Below are positions 27,660-37,957 of a stretch of 62,945 nt of DNA, one piece after another. The stretch is from positions 1 to 62,945 of IMG/VR virus record IMGVR_UViG_3300034257_000004; one strand, given 5' to 3'. Source of the DNA: a virus (Duplodnaviria > Caudoviricetes). Position 1 is the stretch's first letter. Each line of letters starts with the position of its first letter. A model generated the notes under the pieces. The model did no database searches. It had not been told where the DNA came from and was given only the letters and a program-made list of their open reading frames with translations. The position numbers and the translations under genes were made by a program.

Positions 27660-28493
27660 ATGGCAAAACGAACCAAGAAGACAGACGAGAACACAGAGGC
27701 TTTAGAACAAGTACAGGTACAGACTAACCTGGCTATACTACAAGACCAGACTCAGATGACTATAGAGTTATCTCCACCCGGTAAAGAGATGATACGCCTG
27801 TTGATGTTCCCGGATAAGATACTAGAGGATGCCAAGGAGATAACTATCGAATCCGACGACGAATACAGATTAGCGGATGAACAACAGTCCGCATGGAAGA
27901 GGGAGGCGGTCGAGATAGAGAGTGGCAGAACCGCTGGTGCGGGACCGCTCACGAGGCTAAAGAAGCTGTGGGATAACCCCTTCACGTCCGCGGCCAACAT
28001 ACGCAAGCAAGCTGCACTGCTCGTACAGCAGACTATGACAGCATACAGAGTCAAGAGGAAAGCCGACGAAGCAGCTAAGAACCAAGAGGCCGAGAAGTTA
28101 GCCAGGGAGGAAACAGAACGTCTGAGGTCAGAAGCGGAGGCAGCACGTGCCAAGGCTGCTAAACTGAAGTCGCCAGCCAAGAAGGAAGCATTGCTGGAAG
28201 AGGCAGCTAAGTTGGAACAAACCGCAGAGATGATGCCTCAGACCTTCACCGCACCTCCACAGGTGTCACTCACCTCTGATGTCAGCAGTGCGGGTGGTAA
28301 GTGGGTAGGCGAGGTCACAGACCCCAAGCTCTACCTAGGCTACCTTATAGAGAATGACGACTTCCTGGGCATGGTCGTAAAGTTCATGCAGTCTGGGCTC
28401 AACGCACACGCTAAGTCCGTGAAGAACAACAAGGTCATACCTGGGTTCAAAGCCACAGACCAAGACGTCTATCGTAACAAGCCAGTTAAATAG
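27660..28493 (+). CDS. coiled-coil protein of the recombination module
   Basis: Helical A/E/K-rich centre, C-terminal IPGF; AAGGAG RBS. Confidence 0.75.
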   Translation: MAKRTKKTDENTEALEQVQVQTNLAILQDQTQMTIELSPPGKEMIRLLMFPDKILEDAKEITIESDDEYRLADEQQSAWKREAVEIESGRTAGAGPLTRLKKLWDNPFTSAANIRKQAALLVQQTMTAYRVKRKADEAAKNQEAEKLAREETERLRSEAEAARAKAAKLKSPAKKEALLEEAAKLEQTAEMMPQTFTAPPQVSLTSDVSSAGGKWVGEVTDPKLYLGYLIENDDFLGMVVKFMQSGLNAHAKSVKNNKVIPGFKATDQDVYRNKPVK

Positions 28494-28500
28494 ACGGACT

Positions 28501-28941
28501 ATGGGCAAACTAACGCTCGATCAATTACACAAAAGTAGACTCATCAAGGTTAAACCTTATGGGTGTCAACTGACTGTAGAAGAAAGAAAAGCATCTAGGA
28601 CGGATACTATGACTAGATATGTAGCTAAATACAGAAAGACAGAAGCTGGGATAGCAGCGACACGCAGAGCTTCTCGTAATGCTGCTAGAAAGAAAAGACT
28701 TGGGAAACCAGTCACAGAGGAGTTCTGTATTATCTTACTAGCAAAGCAGAACAATCAATGTGGTATCTGTCATAAACACCTATTATGGCCGGACAAAGAT
28801 ACCTGTTTAGACCATGACCACAAAACCGGCAAGGTCAGAGGCATACTCTGTAGTAGATGTAACAGAGGACTAGGACATTTCCAAGACAATGTAGAATCTT
28901 TACGACAAGCGGTGACCTATTTAACTATGGACCGAAAATAG
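28501..28941 (+). CDS. endonuclease VII-family protein (paralog of 21857..22258)
   Basis: QNNQCGIC...LDHDHKTGKVRGILCSRCNRGLG. Confidence 0.9.
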   Translation: MGKLTLDQLHKSRLIKVKPYGCQLTVEERKASRTDTMTRYVAKYRKTEAGIAATRRASRNAARKKRLGKPVTEEFCIILLAKQNNQCGICHKHLLWPDKDTCLDHDHKTGKVRGILCSRCNRGLGHFQDNVESLRQAVTYLTMDRK

Positions 28942-28944
28942 CTG

Positions 28945-28973
28945 TTTACTTTGTTATCGATTCGTGTTACAAT
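28945..28973 (+). promoter_or_regulatory. sigma70-like promoter
   Basis: TTTACT-N17-TACAAT with TGn. Confidence 0.65.
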
Positions 28974-29013
28974 CGGATCGTAGCTTAAAGAACCGACCGA
29001 CGCAGGAGACCAT

Positions 29014-29973
29014 TTGACCAAGAAGCAGGAAGAAGAACCAAAGGTAGTAGGGATAGCGGTGGAGGTAACCAGTCTTCCCGATGGACCGTGCAACGTAGAA
29101 GTACGGTACGACCGCGGAGAACCTGGTACCACCGCCTACGACCTGTGGAGACCCGCTATCTATGCCGCCTACGTCACAGCCCACAAGAACGAACTAGTAG
29201 AGATAGAGTTGGTGTTCACAGGTACACAGCACTCACTCTATATGTCGGTGCCCGAGGAGGCATCGGAGCTGACGTCCAAACCTATGAATGAGGTGGAACG
29301 TCAGATAGCCAGGAAGGGCTTTGAGACAGGCTACCTGAGCGGCGGCAAGTGGAAGGTCCATCAGCCGGACGCAGCGGTCGGTACCCCTGACTGTGTCTAC
29401 AGGCCCAGGGGGTACTTCACACAAGAACAGATGATAGCGCTCGCCACGTCGACCCACGAGACTATCGTCGAGGAGATACAGGTCTCCTCAGAAGCCAACG
29501 GGTCGAGCACTAGGCGTTATCTACACATGAGAGGAGCCAGAAACATGGCGAAGAAGACCGAGGTCGAAGAGACCAAGAAGGTGCGGGCGACCGCCAAGTC
29601 CCTGAACGGCGTGGAGGTTGAGATCTCCCCGAAGCAGGAAGAGATGTTGGAGTTGATTCGTAAGCGATCGGCGTCAGGTAACCCGGTCGGCAGCGACCCC
29701 GAACGACTGGACGACCCGTCTAGTATCGCGGCTATGAAGCTCGCTACCAACGAGGTGGTCACCCGCGGTAAGTTTGGAACCAGATGGTGGTACTTCGCGA
29801 ATGCCAAGGATCTAGCGGCTGCGGTCGCAGCTGCGGAGAAGGCGGCAGAGGAAGAGGCCGCGGCCAAGAAGAAACCCGCCAAGGCTGCACCAGCCAAAGC
29901 AGCGGCAGGTTCCGCAGCAGCAGCCAGCGGCAAGAAGGTCGCCGGTCGGTTGAAGAAGCCCAGCGAGAAGTAA
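29014..29973 (+). CDS. hypothetical protein with histone-H1-like tail; in-frame internal start at 29545
   Basis: TTG start after AGGAG; GAGGAG-ATG at 29545; AKKKPAKAAPAK tail. Confidence 0.75.
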   Translation: MTKKQEEEPKVVGIAVEVTSLPDGPCNVEVRYDRGEPGTTAYDLWRPAIYAAYVTAHKNELVEIELVFTGTQHSLYMSVPEEASELTSKPMNEVERQIARKGFETGYLSGGKWKVHQPDAAVGTPDCVYRPRGYFTQEQMIALATSTHETIVEEIQVSSEANGSSTRRYLHMRGARNMAKKTEVEETKKVRATAKSLNGVEVEISPKQEEMLELIRKRSASGNPVGSDPERLDDPSSIAAMKLATNEVVTRGKFGTRWWYFANAKDLAAAVAAAEKAAEEEAAAKKKPAKAAPAKAAAGSAAAASGKKVAGRLKKPSEK

Positions 29974-29990
29974 GCTCGGGCGCAGCACAG

Positions 29991-30035
29991 GAAAAGGGCG
30001 AGGGTAACCGGTATGGTCCCTCGCCCTTTCTGTTT
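29991..30035. terminator. intrinsic terminator between convergent transcription arms
   Basis: AAAGGGCGAGGG / CCCTCGCCCTTT stem flanked by A and T runs. Confidence 0.75.
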
Positions 30036-30126
30036 CCCCACCTACCTATATCGCACAAGAACTGCGTCCTAACACCTAACACATACAAGGCTACGTGTAG
30101 ACGCCTCAGAACGTCGTAGAACTGAC

Positions 30127-30795
30127 CTACTCGTCAAGAACTATACCGTTATGCTCCTCAGCATGCTTGGTAGCCGTAGACTTGACCGTAGTAGTCACCA
30201 ACTGCACGTCCGTAATCTTGTCCGACGTGCCCTGCTCTACTTGCTTGGTGACGAGCTGGTCTATCCGTATGATGATGGGCAGACCTTGAGCTATCAGTTT
30301 CTCCATCTCGTCTACGTGTGGGCTATCCAAGTGTGCACGTTTCTCGAGGACTGGAAGCAGATCGTCCCATTCTTTTAGTGTCAGCGGTACGGAATCCCTG
30401 ACTCTACCAATGATAGCGTCGTCTTCATGGAACTCGCCCGACGGGTGTATAAGACCGTCTACCCACTTCTGCTTCAACGCCGTAGTTATGGGAAGCATCT
30501 CTGCCTTGAGCAACTGTAAGGTCAGTGTGTCACCAGACTGAGTCTTAGTTATCTGCTCGTTCTGATCCTGTAGGTCTTTGACCTGCTTTACCAAAGCTTC
30601 GTGACCTACCTCGATTGCCTTCCTCTTACTCTCCTCTACCTGGGCCTGAAGAATAGCCTTTTCGGCATTCTCTGCCAGTCTCACCTTCTCTTTCTTGTTG
30701 GCTCTCCACTGTAGGTAGACCACCAACGGTCCGGCGAGTAGACCGATGATAGCCATAATGGTGTTGAGGTCTGCCCTAGATATGAGACATAGCAT
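30127..30795 (-). CDS. membrane protein (N-terminal TM + coiled coil), possible lysis function
   Basis: IMAIIGLLAGPLVVYL followed by a helical region; end of the late operon. Confidence 0.65.
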   Translation of the reverse strand: MLCLISRADLNTIMAIIGLLAGPLVVYLQWRANKKEKVRLAENAEKAILQAQVEESKRKAIEVGHEALVKQVKDLQDQNEQITKTQSGDTLTLQLLKAEMLPITTALKQKWVDGLIHPSGEFHEDDAIIGRVRDSVPLTLKEWDDLLPVLEKRAHLDSPHVDEMEKLIAQGLPIIIRIDQLVTKQVEQGTSDKITDVQLVTTTVKSTATKHAEEHNGIVLDE

Positions 30796-30861
30796 GGTGT
30801 TGCTCCCGTAGTTGTATGGACCCTGGTTTAATGTGGGAGTAGCAATCTCTCCGTAGCTGTC

Positions 30862-31725
30862 TTATGGACCAAGCGTCCTAAGCAACGAGTTGCTCCTGAC
30901 CTCAGCCGCCGGCTCCGTAGTTATCCATGCTCCTCGTATCGAGACTATCGCCACCATCCGCATGAACTGTTTCGTCTCAAGTGCCGTCGGTGACTGCTTC
31001 TGTGCCGACGCCGTGTAGTTGCTCCACGTTGTGCTGTCGAACACTGCATCGCTAGGGATGAATATCACGAAGGTCTCGGAACTCTTAGGACCTACTATGA
31101 TACCCTGCCTATAGCTATGATCTACCAGTTGCTCCAACTGCTTCGGCGACTTGTCCGGAAACATCCGAGCCAGCGCGGGTATGCCTACACCTGCCATTCC
31201 TGCTATAGTCGCACTCTGCGTTACGTTGAGGTATGGCGCGAATATAGGCGCTACCCCAGTGGCAAACTCTAGAAGACCGAACAACCTAGTTCGCATAGAC
31301 TCCGCCGTGCCTACCCTCGACACGGCAATGAGTACTCGTTGGTCCGTTGGTGCTGCAGCGTATGGATACCTAATCATCCTGTTGTAGGTGTCGTGACAAC
31401 GCTTCAGGTCGAAGGCTTGATTCATAGACTTGGCCAGATCGCACTGGGACAGGTCGAAGCCAAATGTGACTCCTCTCAGCCAGTACGGTCGTTCGTCGTA
31501 GTTCTCTACGTTCAGCTGCACGGCCAGATAGCGAGCGGCTATCCTTCCTCCGTACACATCTCGTACGGCACCGTAGTCCATGATCGACGGGTCTATGGCC
31601 GTACCCTGTACTTCTGGTTGGTTGACCACGGCTCGTGCCACGGTAGGTTCATCCTGGGCGTAGATAGGAACGGCGCAGAGCACCAACACCAACAGCAAGC
31701 AGATCGAAAGTTTGATTCTATACAT
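30862..31725 (-). CDS. exported protein with signal peptide
   Basis: MYRIKLSICLLLVLVLCAVPIYA|QD; GAGGAG RBS. Confidence 0.75.
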   Translation of the reverse strand: MYRIKLSICLLLVLVLCAVPIYAQDEPTVARAVVNQPEVQGTAIDPSIMDYGAVRDVYGGRIAARYLAVQLNVENYDERPYWLRGVTFGFDLSQCDLAKSMNQAFDLKRCHDTYNRMIRYPYAAAPTDQRVLIAVSRVGTAESMRTRLFGLLEFATGVAPIFAPYLNVTQSATIAGMAGVGIPALARMFPDKSPKQLEQLVDHSYRQGIIVGPKSSETFVIFIPSDAVFDSTTWSNYTASAQKQSPTALETKQFMRMVAIVSIRGAWITTEPAAEVRSNSLLRTLGP

Positions 31726-31729
31726 GTGG

Positions 31730-32083
31730 TTACTCCTCTGTCTGCGTAGACCCTCGGTCCACTTTAGTCTTGTCGTCTAGCGAAGTAGTTGCTTTCTCCG
31801 CCTCTATCGTAGCCAGTGCCTCGACCTTGGCCACTGACACGTCCCCGCGTCTGTCGATGTACTTCCACCCCACAGCTCCGGCTGTAACTACCGCCGGCAA
31901 CACCACGGTCCTAAGTACCGACAAAAGTATTTCTCTGACCCCTGCGTCCTGTGTATACCGTAGACCCAGTAATACTACCACGAGTACCAGGACAGGCGTC
32001 AGAGCGGATATGACCGCTATCTTGAAGCTGGACGTTTTACTGCCGGTCTGAGGTTTCAGTGAGTCTAACAACTGGTCTGACAT
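31730..32083 (-). CDS. putative holin (2 TM)
   Basis: Two TM segments, charged C-terminus, follows the tail genes. Confidence 0.55.
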   Translation of the reverse strand: MSDQLLDSLKPQTGSKTSSFKIAVISALTPVLVLVVVLLGLRYTQDAGVREILLSVLRTVVLPAVVTAGAVGWKYIDRRGDVSVAKVEALATIEAEKATTSLDDKTKVDRGSTQTEE

Positions 32084-32095
32084 GACTCCTCCGTG

Positions 32096-32413
32096 CTAAG
32101 GGTTAGGCGTGACCTTCACCTCAAGTATCTCTCTCTGTATCGCGGCCACAGTGTCATTATGCACCTTTAGGTCAAACCTCGCCACCCCCGGTGAGTCAGG
32201 GGACAAGTCTATGGGGTTTGTGTACAGGTCTAGGAAGGTATCGGCAGTCCCGTTACGTCTCGCTAGAACTTGTGCGTCTGGGTGCAGAGACGACGTCAAC
32301 CAGTACCCATCAGGACATGGAGTCTCTATAACGAAGACTTGGCTGTCGGCACCTCCCTCTATAGCCAATGGGACCATGCTTATGATGTTTCCGTCGATGT
32401 CTGTTATATTCAT
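32096..32413 (-). CDS. hypothetical (tail-associated) protein
   Basis: GAAAGG RBS; position. Confidence 0.65.
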   Translation of the reverse strand: MNITDIDGNIISMVPLAIEGGADSQVFVIETPCPDGYWLTSSLHPDAQVLARRNGTADTFLDLYTNPIDLSPDSPGVARFDLKVHNDTVAAIQREILEVKVTPNP

Positions 32414-32426
32414 CGGTTCTACCTTT

Positions 32427-33689
32427 CTACTCAGGAGCCCATACTACGCCCCACTCGGGTACCTGTATATTAGCATATATGTCCTGTTGGTGTGTACCTA
32501 GGCTTATACTCGTCCGTCTCCATACGTACCTGACTTGTTCGCCGATTCGTATAATAGCGCACAGGTCACCCGTGTATTCTGGTCCTACCATCCAGATAGC
32601 TGTCGCATACGCATGTGGCGGAGTACCTGCAGCGTGTGACCCTCCGGACACTATAGGACTTCTCAGAAGAGAGTACCTCATAGAACCAGACAGGGGAGGT
32701 ATACTTCCACTGTCGTACTCAGCATAGGCTGGGTAAATGGTGAGTCTGCCTATCCAGTCTGTCTCGAAGACAGTAACTGGAGGATTAGCTTGTCTCTGGT
32801 AGAACCAGTGGAAACCCCACACTTTGGGTTTAAGGTATATCTCCGTAGACTTACCTATACTTACGGATGCCTCATCAGCTGCGAAGTCTGGCTCTGCAGT
32901 TACCTTGAAATTAGCTGTGTCCGAGACGTCGAAGTGTACGTAATATCTCTCGAAGTCATTGCTCGACCTGATACCTACAGTGTTGGGTTTGACAGCGAGG
33001 TCGAAGTGACCGTCCCTTAGTGTCAACCCAGCAACTAGGTTAGAAGGGTTCCACAGCTCGGTAGCATCAGCCGGTGTAGTCTCTCTCAGTTTCCACTCGG
33101 GATCCTGACCTCCTACCGTCCATAGATAATGATGGTTGGGAGGAGCGACTAACGCGATACTGTTGAGCGGCTGGTAGAAAAGGTAGTCGGGATCGTAGCC
33201 ACGTATGTCGTAGGGTAGCGGCATACAGAAGGGTAGAGAACGCCCAGTCACGTTGGCGGGGTACGAGGACAGCGGGTTAGTGCCCAACAGCACTGCGTCG
33301 TAGGCTTTTATCTGGCCCGAGGTCGGGTATGCCTTGTTGGGGTAGGTAGCCTCAACGAAAAACGCGGCCGCGGCCTTGTCTAATAGGATCTCTATATACT
33401 CATTATAGTAGGCGTCGTTCCTGACCGGTGCTACTACAGAGTCATCGGGGATGTACCCCAACGGGCCGCTATACATAGGTACGCTCCTCAACCGCACGCC
33501 TAGGTCAAAGAACCGTATGCCGACGGCCTTCTTACGTCTTATGTACCGTGGTTCATCGTCTGTTATACCGGCTACTACGTCCTGAGCTTTCTTGGTATGT
33601 ACGGTACGTCGCTTGGGAACCTTGTTGCGTCTGAGCGTAGTCTTGACCGTCTCCCCCACCTTGGCTATTATCTTTTTTTCGTCCCCCAC
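32427..33689 (-). CDS. putative tail protein
   Basis: 420-aa ORF in the tail module. Confidence 0.6.
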   Translation of the reverse strand: MGDEKKIIAKVGETVKTTLRRNKVPKRRTVHTKKAQDVVAGITDDEPRYIRRKKAVGIRFFDLGVRLRSVPMYSGPLGYIPDDSVVAPVRNDAYYNEYIEILLDKAAAAFFVEATYPNKAYPTSGQIKAYDAVLLGTNPLSSYPANVTGRSLPFCMPLPYDIRGYDPDYLFYQPLNSIALVAPPNHHYLWTVGGQDPEWKLRETTPADATELWNPSNLVAGLTLRDGHFDLAVKPNTVGIRSSNDFERYYVHFDVSDTANFKVTAEPDFAADEASVSIGKSTEIYLKPKVWGFHWFYQRQANPPVTVFETDWIGRLTIYPAYAEYDSGSIPPLSGSMRYSLLRSPIVSGGSHAAGTPPHAYATAIWMVGPEYTGDLCAIIRIGEQVRYVWRRTSISLGTHQQDIYANIQVPEWGVVWAPE

Positions 33690-36032
33690 TCAGCCTACCT
33701 CCTCTACCTGCACGGACGTTGATATAAACATAGCGTGTAGTTTGCCGGAAGATGTCTCTCCGTGTATAGACAACCCAACACACACCCTGACACCTAGTCC
33801 GTGTCCATCTCGATGGTACAAGTCGAATACGCTACCCCTGTGTATAAGTGGGTCGAAACCTGCTGCTAACGCAAACTCACCGCTGCTTGGCGGGTTGTTC
33901 AACATACGGAGTTTCCTCTTAGCTAAAGCTATGGCTATGTTTCTTGGAACGCCGAGTGCACCTAAGGTAGCTACCACCCTAGTAATAACGGTCTCAGGTG
34001 TCAGTTTTAGCAGGACTTCTCGTTGTACACCGAACTCTCCGCCGTCTACTATGGGCAGCCCAGTCCGTGGTTCGCTAGTGCTGAAGGCAGTCGTGTTGGC
34101 TACATGGTCTACAACCGTTACTTGTGTATCCAGAGTCCTGTCAGGTTTGACTCTAAGACGTTCTATCCTAGTACGTAACGGACCGTAATCCGTAGACTGG
34201 TTAGCAGACGACTCTATAAACCCGTTACGATGAGCATCTACCCATGGGAGACGAAAAGGCTGGTCTCTATAGGTATTATCCTCGTCTACCAGTATCATAC
34301 CCCTGGTAGATATAAGGCAAAGATCTTGCAACGTCTCCGCAGTGTTGAAAGGGTTTCTAGAGTATGATACAGTGCACTTCTCGTCTAACGCTGTAAGAAG
34401 AGCGAGTGCATCAGTATCAGGGTCTGGAACTAGAGACTCGACCGTTCTAGTATGTCCAGTCTTCCTACCCCTGTCATCTAGTTGGTCCTTTTGCGTAGCA
34501 CGATGTACTATGGTTAATGTAGTATCGTAAACAGTTGTGACCTCCTCTACTAATACTTCTCGTATAGTAACTGCAGGAAGTGCCGTATTATAATACTGAC
34601 GAACCTTTCTTTGAGTCTCTGATCTAGTGTACCCAGGAGAACCGTAGCCGCCAACCGGACTTTCTGTAGACTCTAGTGCAAGGAATACCTCTCTGAATGC
34701 CTCTCCACCCTGTTCTGTATATTGCAACAGTATGGCCTCGTTTCTATCTCCTGCATCTTTAGTGTCTGAGTAGGTTAGGTAGTTCTTGGCTAGTACGATT
34801 CTAGGTACGAAACCAACTGGCAAAGGCTGCAACCTATCTAATATCCACAGTTCATTTGTAACATCATCTACAAAGTAGATCGGATCGTATGGTGCTACTA
34901 GTCCAGCTACTCCACCATGCCATCCAGAAGTGAGCGTGAAGTCTGCTTGCATGACCGGATAGTTTGCTATATTCGTCCTTATATCTGAGAAGCCACAACC
35001 TGTTACATAAGCTCTTCTCAGAACGTCGTACAAATACAATGGTGACCTAGGTTCGAATAAAGGAGTTATAGGTGTACCATCTTCAGTCCTAAGTATATTC
35101 ATAGGATCTACAACAGTATTCATGGCTACCCTAGACGCGTCGTACATAATCACCGGCCGTGCAGGACCTAATTTCCACTTATCCGCCAATGGATTCGCTG
35201 CATTGAAGGTCAGAGTGTCTGCCGGACCACCAGACGTAGACTGCGACTTTCTCCACCCTAGAGAATAGGTTCTACCAAATAGTTTACCGTCCGCTACTAT
35301 TGTCTTCCAATAGGTAGTAGCTCCATCTGCAGATACTATACCTATTTCAAACGAGTACATTGAAGCGAATGCTAATTGTGTCAGGTCTGGGTTTACTAAT
35401 GTGACACTCAGACTAGCGCCGAGAGTATCTTTTGGTTGAGTATACTCAAAGGCCTTAAAGGGAACCTCTTCGCCGTTTATCTTCAACCTCCCGTGGTACT
35501 CTGCTGCCCTACCAGCAACTGTGGCCGCTGCTGGGTAAGCGTCAATAACTATGGTGAACCCGAACTCATCGGACGGAATTGTATACATATCAAGTACCGC
35601 TAAACATGTGGACACAAAATATGCGGTCTGTCCGGTACGTCTACCAAGAGACACGATAAGTGCTGAAACAGAGTCTGCCGTCATACCGTCCAGTAGAACT
35701 ACGTTGGACTCACCTACTACCCTGGGTACCGGTGAGAAGATAGCATTAGTTAATAGTTCTACACCACCTAGTTGTCTCTTGACCCCTAGAGAAACGGTAA
35801 CAATACATTCTGAATTAACTGCACACCTTGTCAATATATTCAGGATTGATATAGGTCCACCACCAGGCCATACCTGTAGTTCGCTATCAGAGTCGAAGTC
35901 TACCCCTTGCAGAGATGTACTATAAACCAGTGCTACGGCTAGTGTAGAGGTAGCTAGAAATACAGCTTCTACTACGGCCTCAGGGCTATCAGCTTCTCCA
36001 GCATAGCCCTCTTGTAGTAGTAACAGACTCAT
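33690..36032 (-). CDS. putative minor tail / baseplate hub protein
   Basis: 780-aa beta-rich ORF downstream of the TMP. Confidence 0.65.
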   Translation of the reverse strand: MSLLLLQEGYAGEADSPEAVVEAVFLATSTLAVALVYSTSLQGVDFDSDSELQVWPGGGPISILNILTRCAVNSECIVTVSLGVKRQLGGVELLTNAIFSPVPRVVGESNVVLLDGMTADSVSALIVSLGRRTGQTAYFVSTCLAVLDMYTIPSDEFGFTIVIDAYPAAATVAGRAAEYHGRLKINGEEVPFKAFEYTQPKDTLGASLSVTLVNPDLTQLAFASMYSFEIGIVSADGATTYWKTIVADGKLFGRTYSLGWRKSQSTSGGPADTLTFNAANPLADKWKLGPARPVIMYDASRVAMNTVVDPMNILRTEDGTPITPLFEPRSPLYLYDVLRRAYVTGCGFSDIRTNIANYPVMQADFTLTSGWHGGVAGLVAPYDPIYFVDDVTNELWILDRLQPLPVGFVPRIVLAKNYLTYSDTKDAGDRNEAILLQYTEQGGEAFREVFLALESTESPVGGYGSPGYTRSETQRKVRQYYNTALPAVTIREVLVEEVTTVYDTTLTIVHRATQKDQLDDRGRKTGHTRTVESLVPDPDTDALALLTALDEKCTVSYSRNPFNTAETLQDLCLISTRGMILVDEDNTYRDQPFRLPWVDAHRNGFIESSANQSTDYGPLRTRIERLRVKPDRTLDTQVTVVDHVANTTAFSTSEPRTGLPIVDGGEFGVQREVLLKLTPETVITRVVATLGALGVPRNIAIALAKRKLRMLNNPPSSGEFALAAGFDPLIHRGSVFDLYHRDGHGLGVRVCVGLSIHGETSSGKLHAMFISTSVQVEEVG

Positions 36033-37090
36033 ACTTTACCTCCCATCATTATTGGCTCCGTAACAAATACCCTAAAGCAGTCACAATAGAACTCTGCTGT
36101 CAGAGTGCTATCGGTGTTGTGTATCAAGAAACCTACTTCTGCCGGAGTGAATGGCAAAGTGCCCGTGTACCGTAGCTGCCAGAAAGGTACTCTCCTGTCA
36201 GGCATAGAGTACATATCGTAGTTGGTCCCAGTCTTTACTATCTTGAACCACTGCCACAGGCTATCCTTCATATCTGTGGCTGTACCAGTGTTAGATGCAG
36301 CATCATACCCAGACAATGGAGCTGCCCCACCGTTATGGTTGGTCCAACTGAAGCCACCGGTGAAAAAACCAGTAGAGGCTATACGTTGCCCGAATATAAC
36401 TAAGTCGCAAGTGTTTGGGTTACCAGCAGCATCTTGTAGTAAGGCTATCGAACCCCACATAGACCCGTCGGACACAGAACTAAGGGGTGTATTTGTCAAC
36501 AAAGCCGTACGTACTATGATAGTCCAATCACCACTAGGCACAGGTTGAAAAACACCAGACAACATGTAGGCACCTGACCCTTGTGGTCCTTGTACTAACT
36601 TTAGACAACTATCCTGTACAGATACCGAGGCATCTGCCGGTTGAAACAAAGTCCACAGCGGACCGAGTGCTAAACCATTAAACTCGTCGTTCTGGATATG
36701 AGGTAGCTCAGGTGGTGCTTGGTCCATGTAGAACGTTCGTTGTCTGTCCTCTAGTTCTAACACTACGCTAAATGGAGCTCCGATCCCCGTAGCATCTACC
36801 TGGTCTAGGTCTATGGACAACAAGTCTCCTGGCTCTAGTGGCAAGCTAAGTCCAGTCACCTCACCCTCGGTATCGCCATCTAGTATCCTGGGACGATCGC
36901 CCTGATCTGTAAACAGTGTGGTGCCATTGTTGTGTACGTCTACTATGACTGCCGCAACATCTGCTGCCATACCACTGTAGAGTCTAACTGCTTTTAGTAA
37001 CGCCTTAACGGGTACTACCATTTCGAAGACATCTACAGCCGGCACATCTAGTGCTGCTCCTCGTTTTATTGGGTTGGCTATAAGTAACAT
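36029..37090 (-). CDS. putative receptor-binding tail protein (lectin-like C-terminus)
   Basis: AAGGAG RBS at 37090; GDLLSIDLDQV; NDEFNG..L...W beta-sandwich start. Confidence 0.6.
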   Translation of the reverse strand: MLLIANPIKRGAALDVPAVDVFEMVVPVKALLKAVRLYSGMAADVAAVIVDVHNNGTTLFTDQGDRPRILDGDTEGEVTGLSLPLEPGDLLSIDLDQVDATGIGAPFSVVLELEDRQRTFYMDQAPPELPHIQNDEFNGLALGPLWTLFQPADASVSVQDSCLKLVQGPQGSGAYMLSGVFQPVPSGDWTIIVRTALLTNTPLSSVSDGSMWGSIALLQDAAGNPNTCDLVIFGQRIASTGFFTGGFSWTNHNGGAAPLSGYDAASNTGTATDMKDSLWQWFKIVKTGTNYDMYSMPDRRVPFWQLRYTGTLPFTPAEVGFLIHNTDSTLTAEFYCDCFRVFVTEPIMMGGKV

Positions 37091-37098
37091 AGGGCTCC

Positions 37099-37503
37099 TT
37101 AATCGAATGAGAAGGTGATACCATTGATACTCACCGTAAGCTCGTCTCCTATGCCTATAGTTTTGTAGGGTGTAGGTGCAGCAGCCCAAAACAGTAGGTT
37201 ACCCCCTGTTAACGCATCGAATATTCCCACAGCTACTATGGTACCCCATATTGCCGAAGCAGCAGGAAACGTCAGAGCAACCGCATTTCCTTTAGAGCCA
37301 GCTACAGCGGCAGGAAAGTTGGTAGAGTTGTTGGTGACTGCAGCCCTAGCATACGACCCGCCAGCAACCTCTGTACCACCGCCGGCGTCTGTAGGAACCG
37401 CTGTATATAAGGCTACATAAACCGTCGCTGGTCTGGCATAGTCCGCACCGCCCAGTATGTGGTCTAGTAGTTCATTCTCTAAGAAGTCGCTCATGGCGCC
37501 CAT
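37099..37503 (-). CDS. phage tail fibre-like structural protein
   Basis: SDFLENELLDH...YVALYTA.PTDAGGGTEVAGGSYAR...WGTI..VGIFDA.TGGNLL. Confidence 0.8.
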   Translation of the reverse strand: MGAMSDFLENELLDHILGGADYARPATVYVALYTAVPTDAGGGTEVAGGSYARAAVTNNSTNFPAAVAGSKGNAVALTFPAASAIWGTIVAVGIFDALTGGNLLFWAAAPTPYKTIGIGDELTVSINGITFSFD

Positions 37504-37515
37504 AATCTATTCCTC

Positions 37516-37947
37516 CTAAGCGCCAGCTGCGACGCTTTCGAACCTGAAAGTTACATCCTTAACGAACTCCAACCCCGGGTCTCCGGAGTAAGGACCCGTC
37601 TCTAACCACTCGTCCGAGGCAAATGCCTGAACGTCTATGTCCTTTGCCGTAATACTACTGGCCCTAACACGTACTGTACCGAGTGCGGCCTTGGCCGCTT
37701 CCACCTCCGCGATCGCCAGGTCTAATACCGACATCGGCAGCTGGGCTACCTTCAAGGAGAAGGACCTTCCCTGCATAGCGAGTGTAAACCGTTGTTGAAA
37801 CGGCGTGCCGTCGCTGGCGTGTTCCGTTTGTGTAGCATACGTCGAACGGAACCCTGCACCTCCGTCTATCTCTGCCCTGACATCTCTGTTCCCGGCGTCC
37901 TTCAGAGCGACCGTTCCTATTATAACGCCTGTAGCGAATCTTGGCAT
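37516..37947 (-). CDS. putative distal tail protein
   Basis: Immediately after the TMP. Confidence 0.55.
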   Translation of the reverse strand: MPRFATGVIIGTVALKDAGNRDVRAEIDGGAGFRSTYATQTEHASDGTPFQQRFTLAMQGRSFSLKVAQLPMSVLDLAIAEVEAAKAALGTVRVRASSITAKDIDVQAFASDEWLETGPYSGDPGLEFVKDVTFRFESVAAGA

Positions 37948-37957
37948 ACTCTACCTC

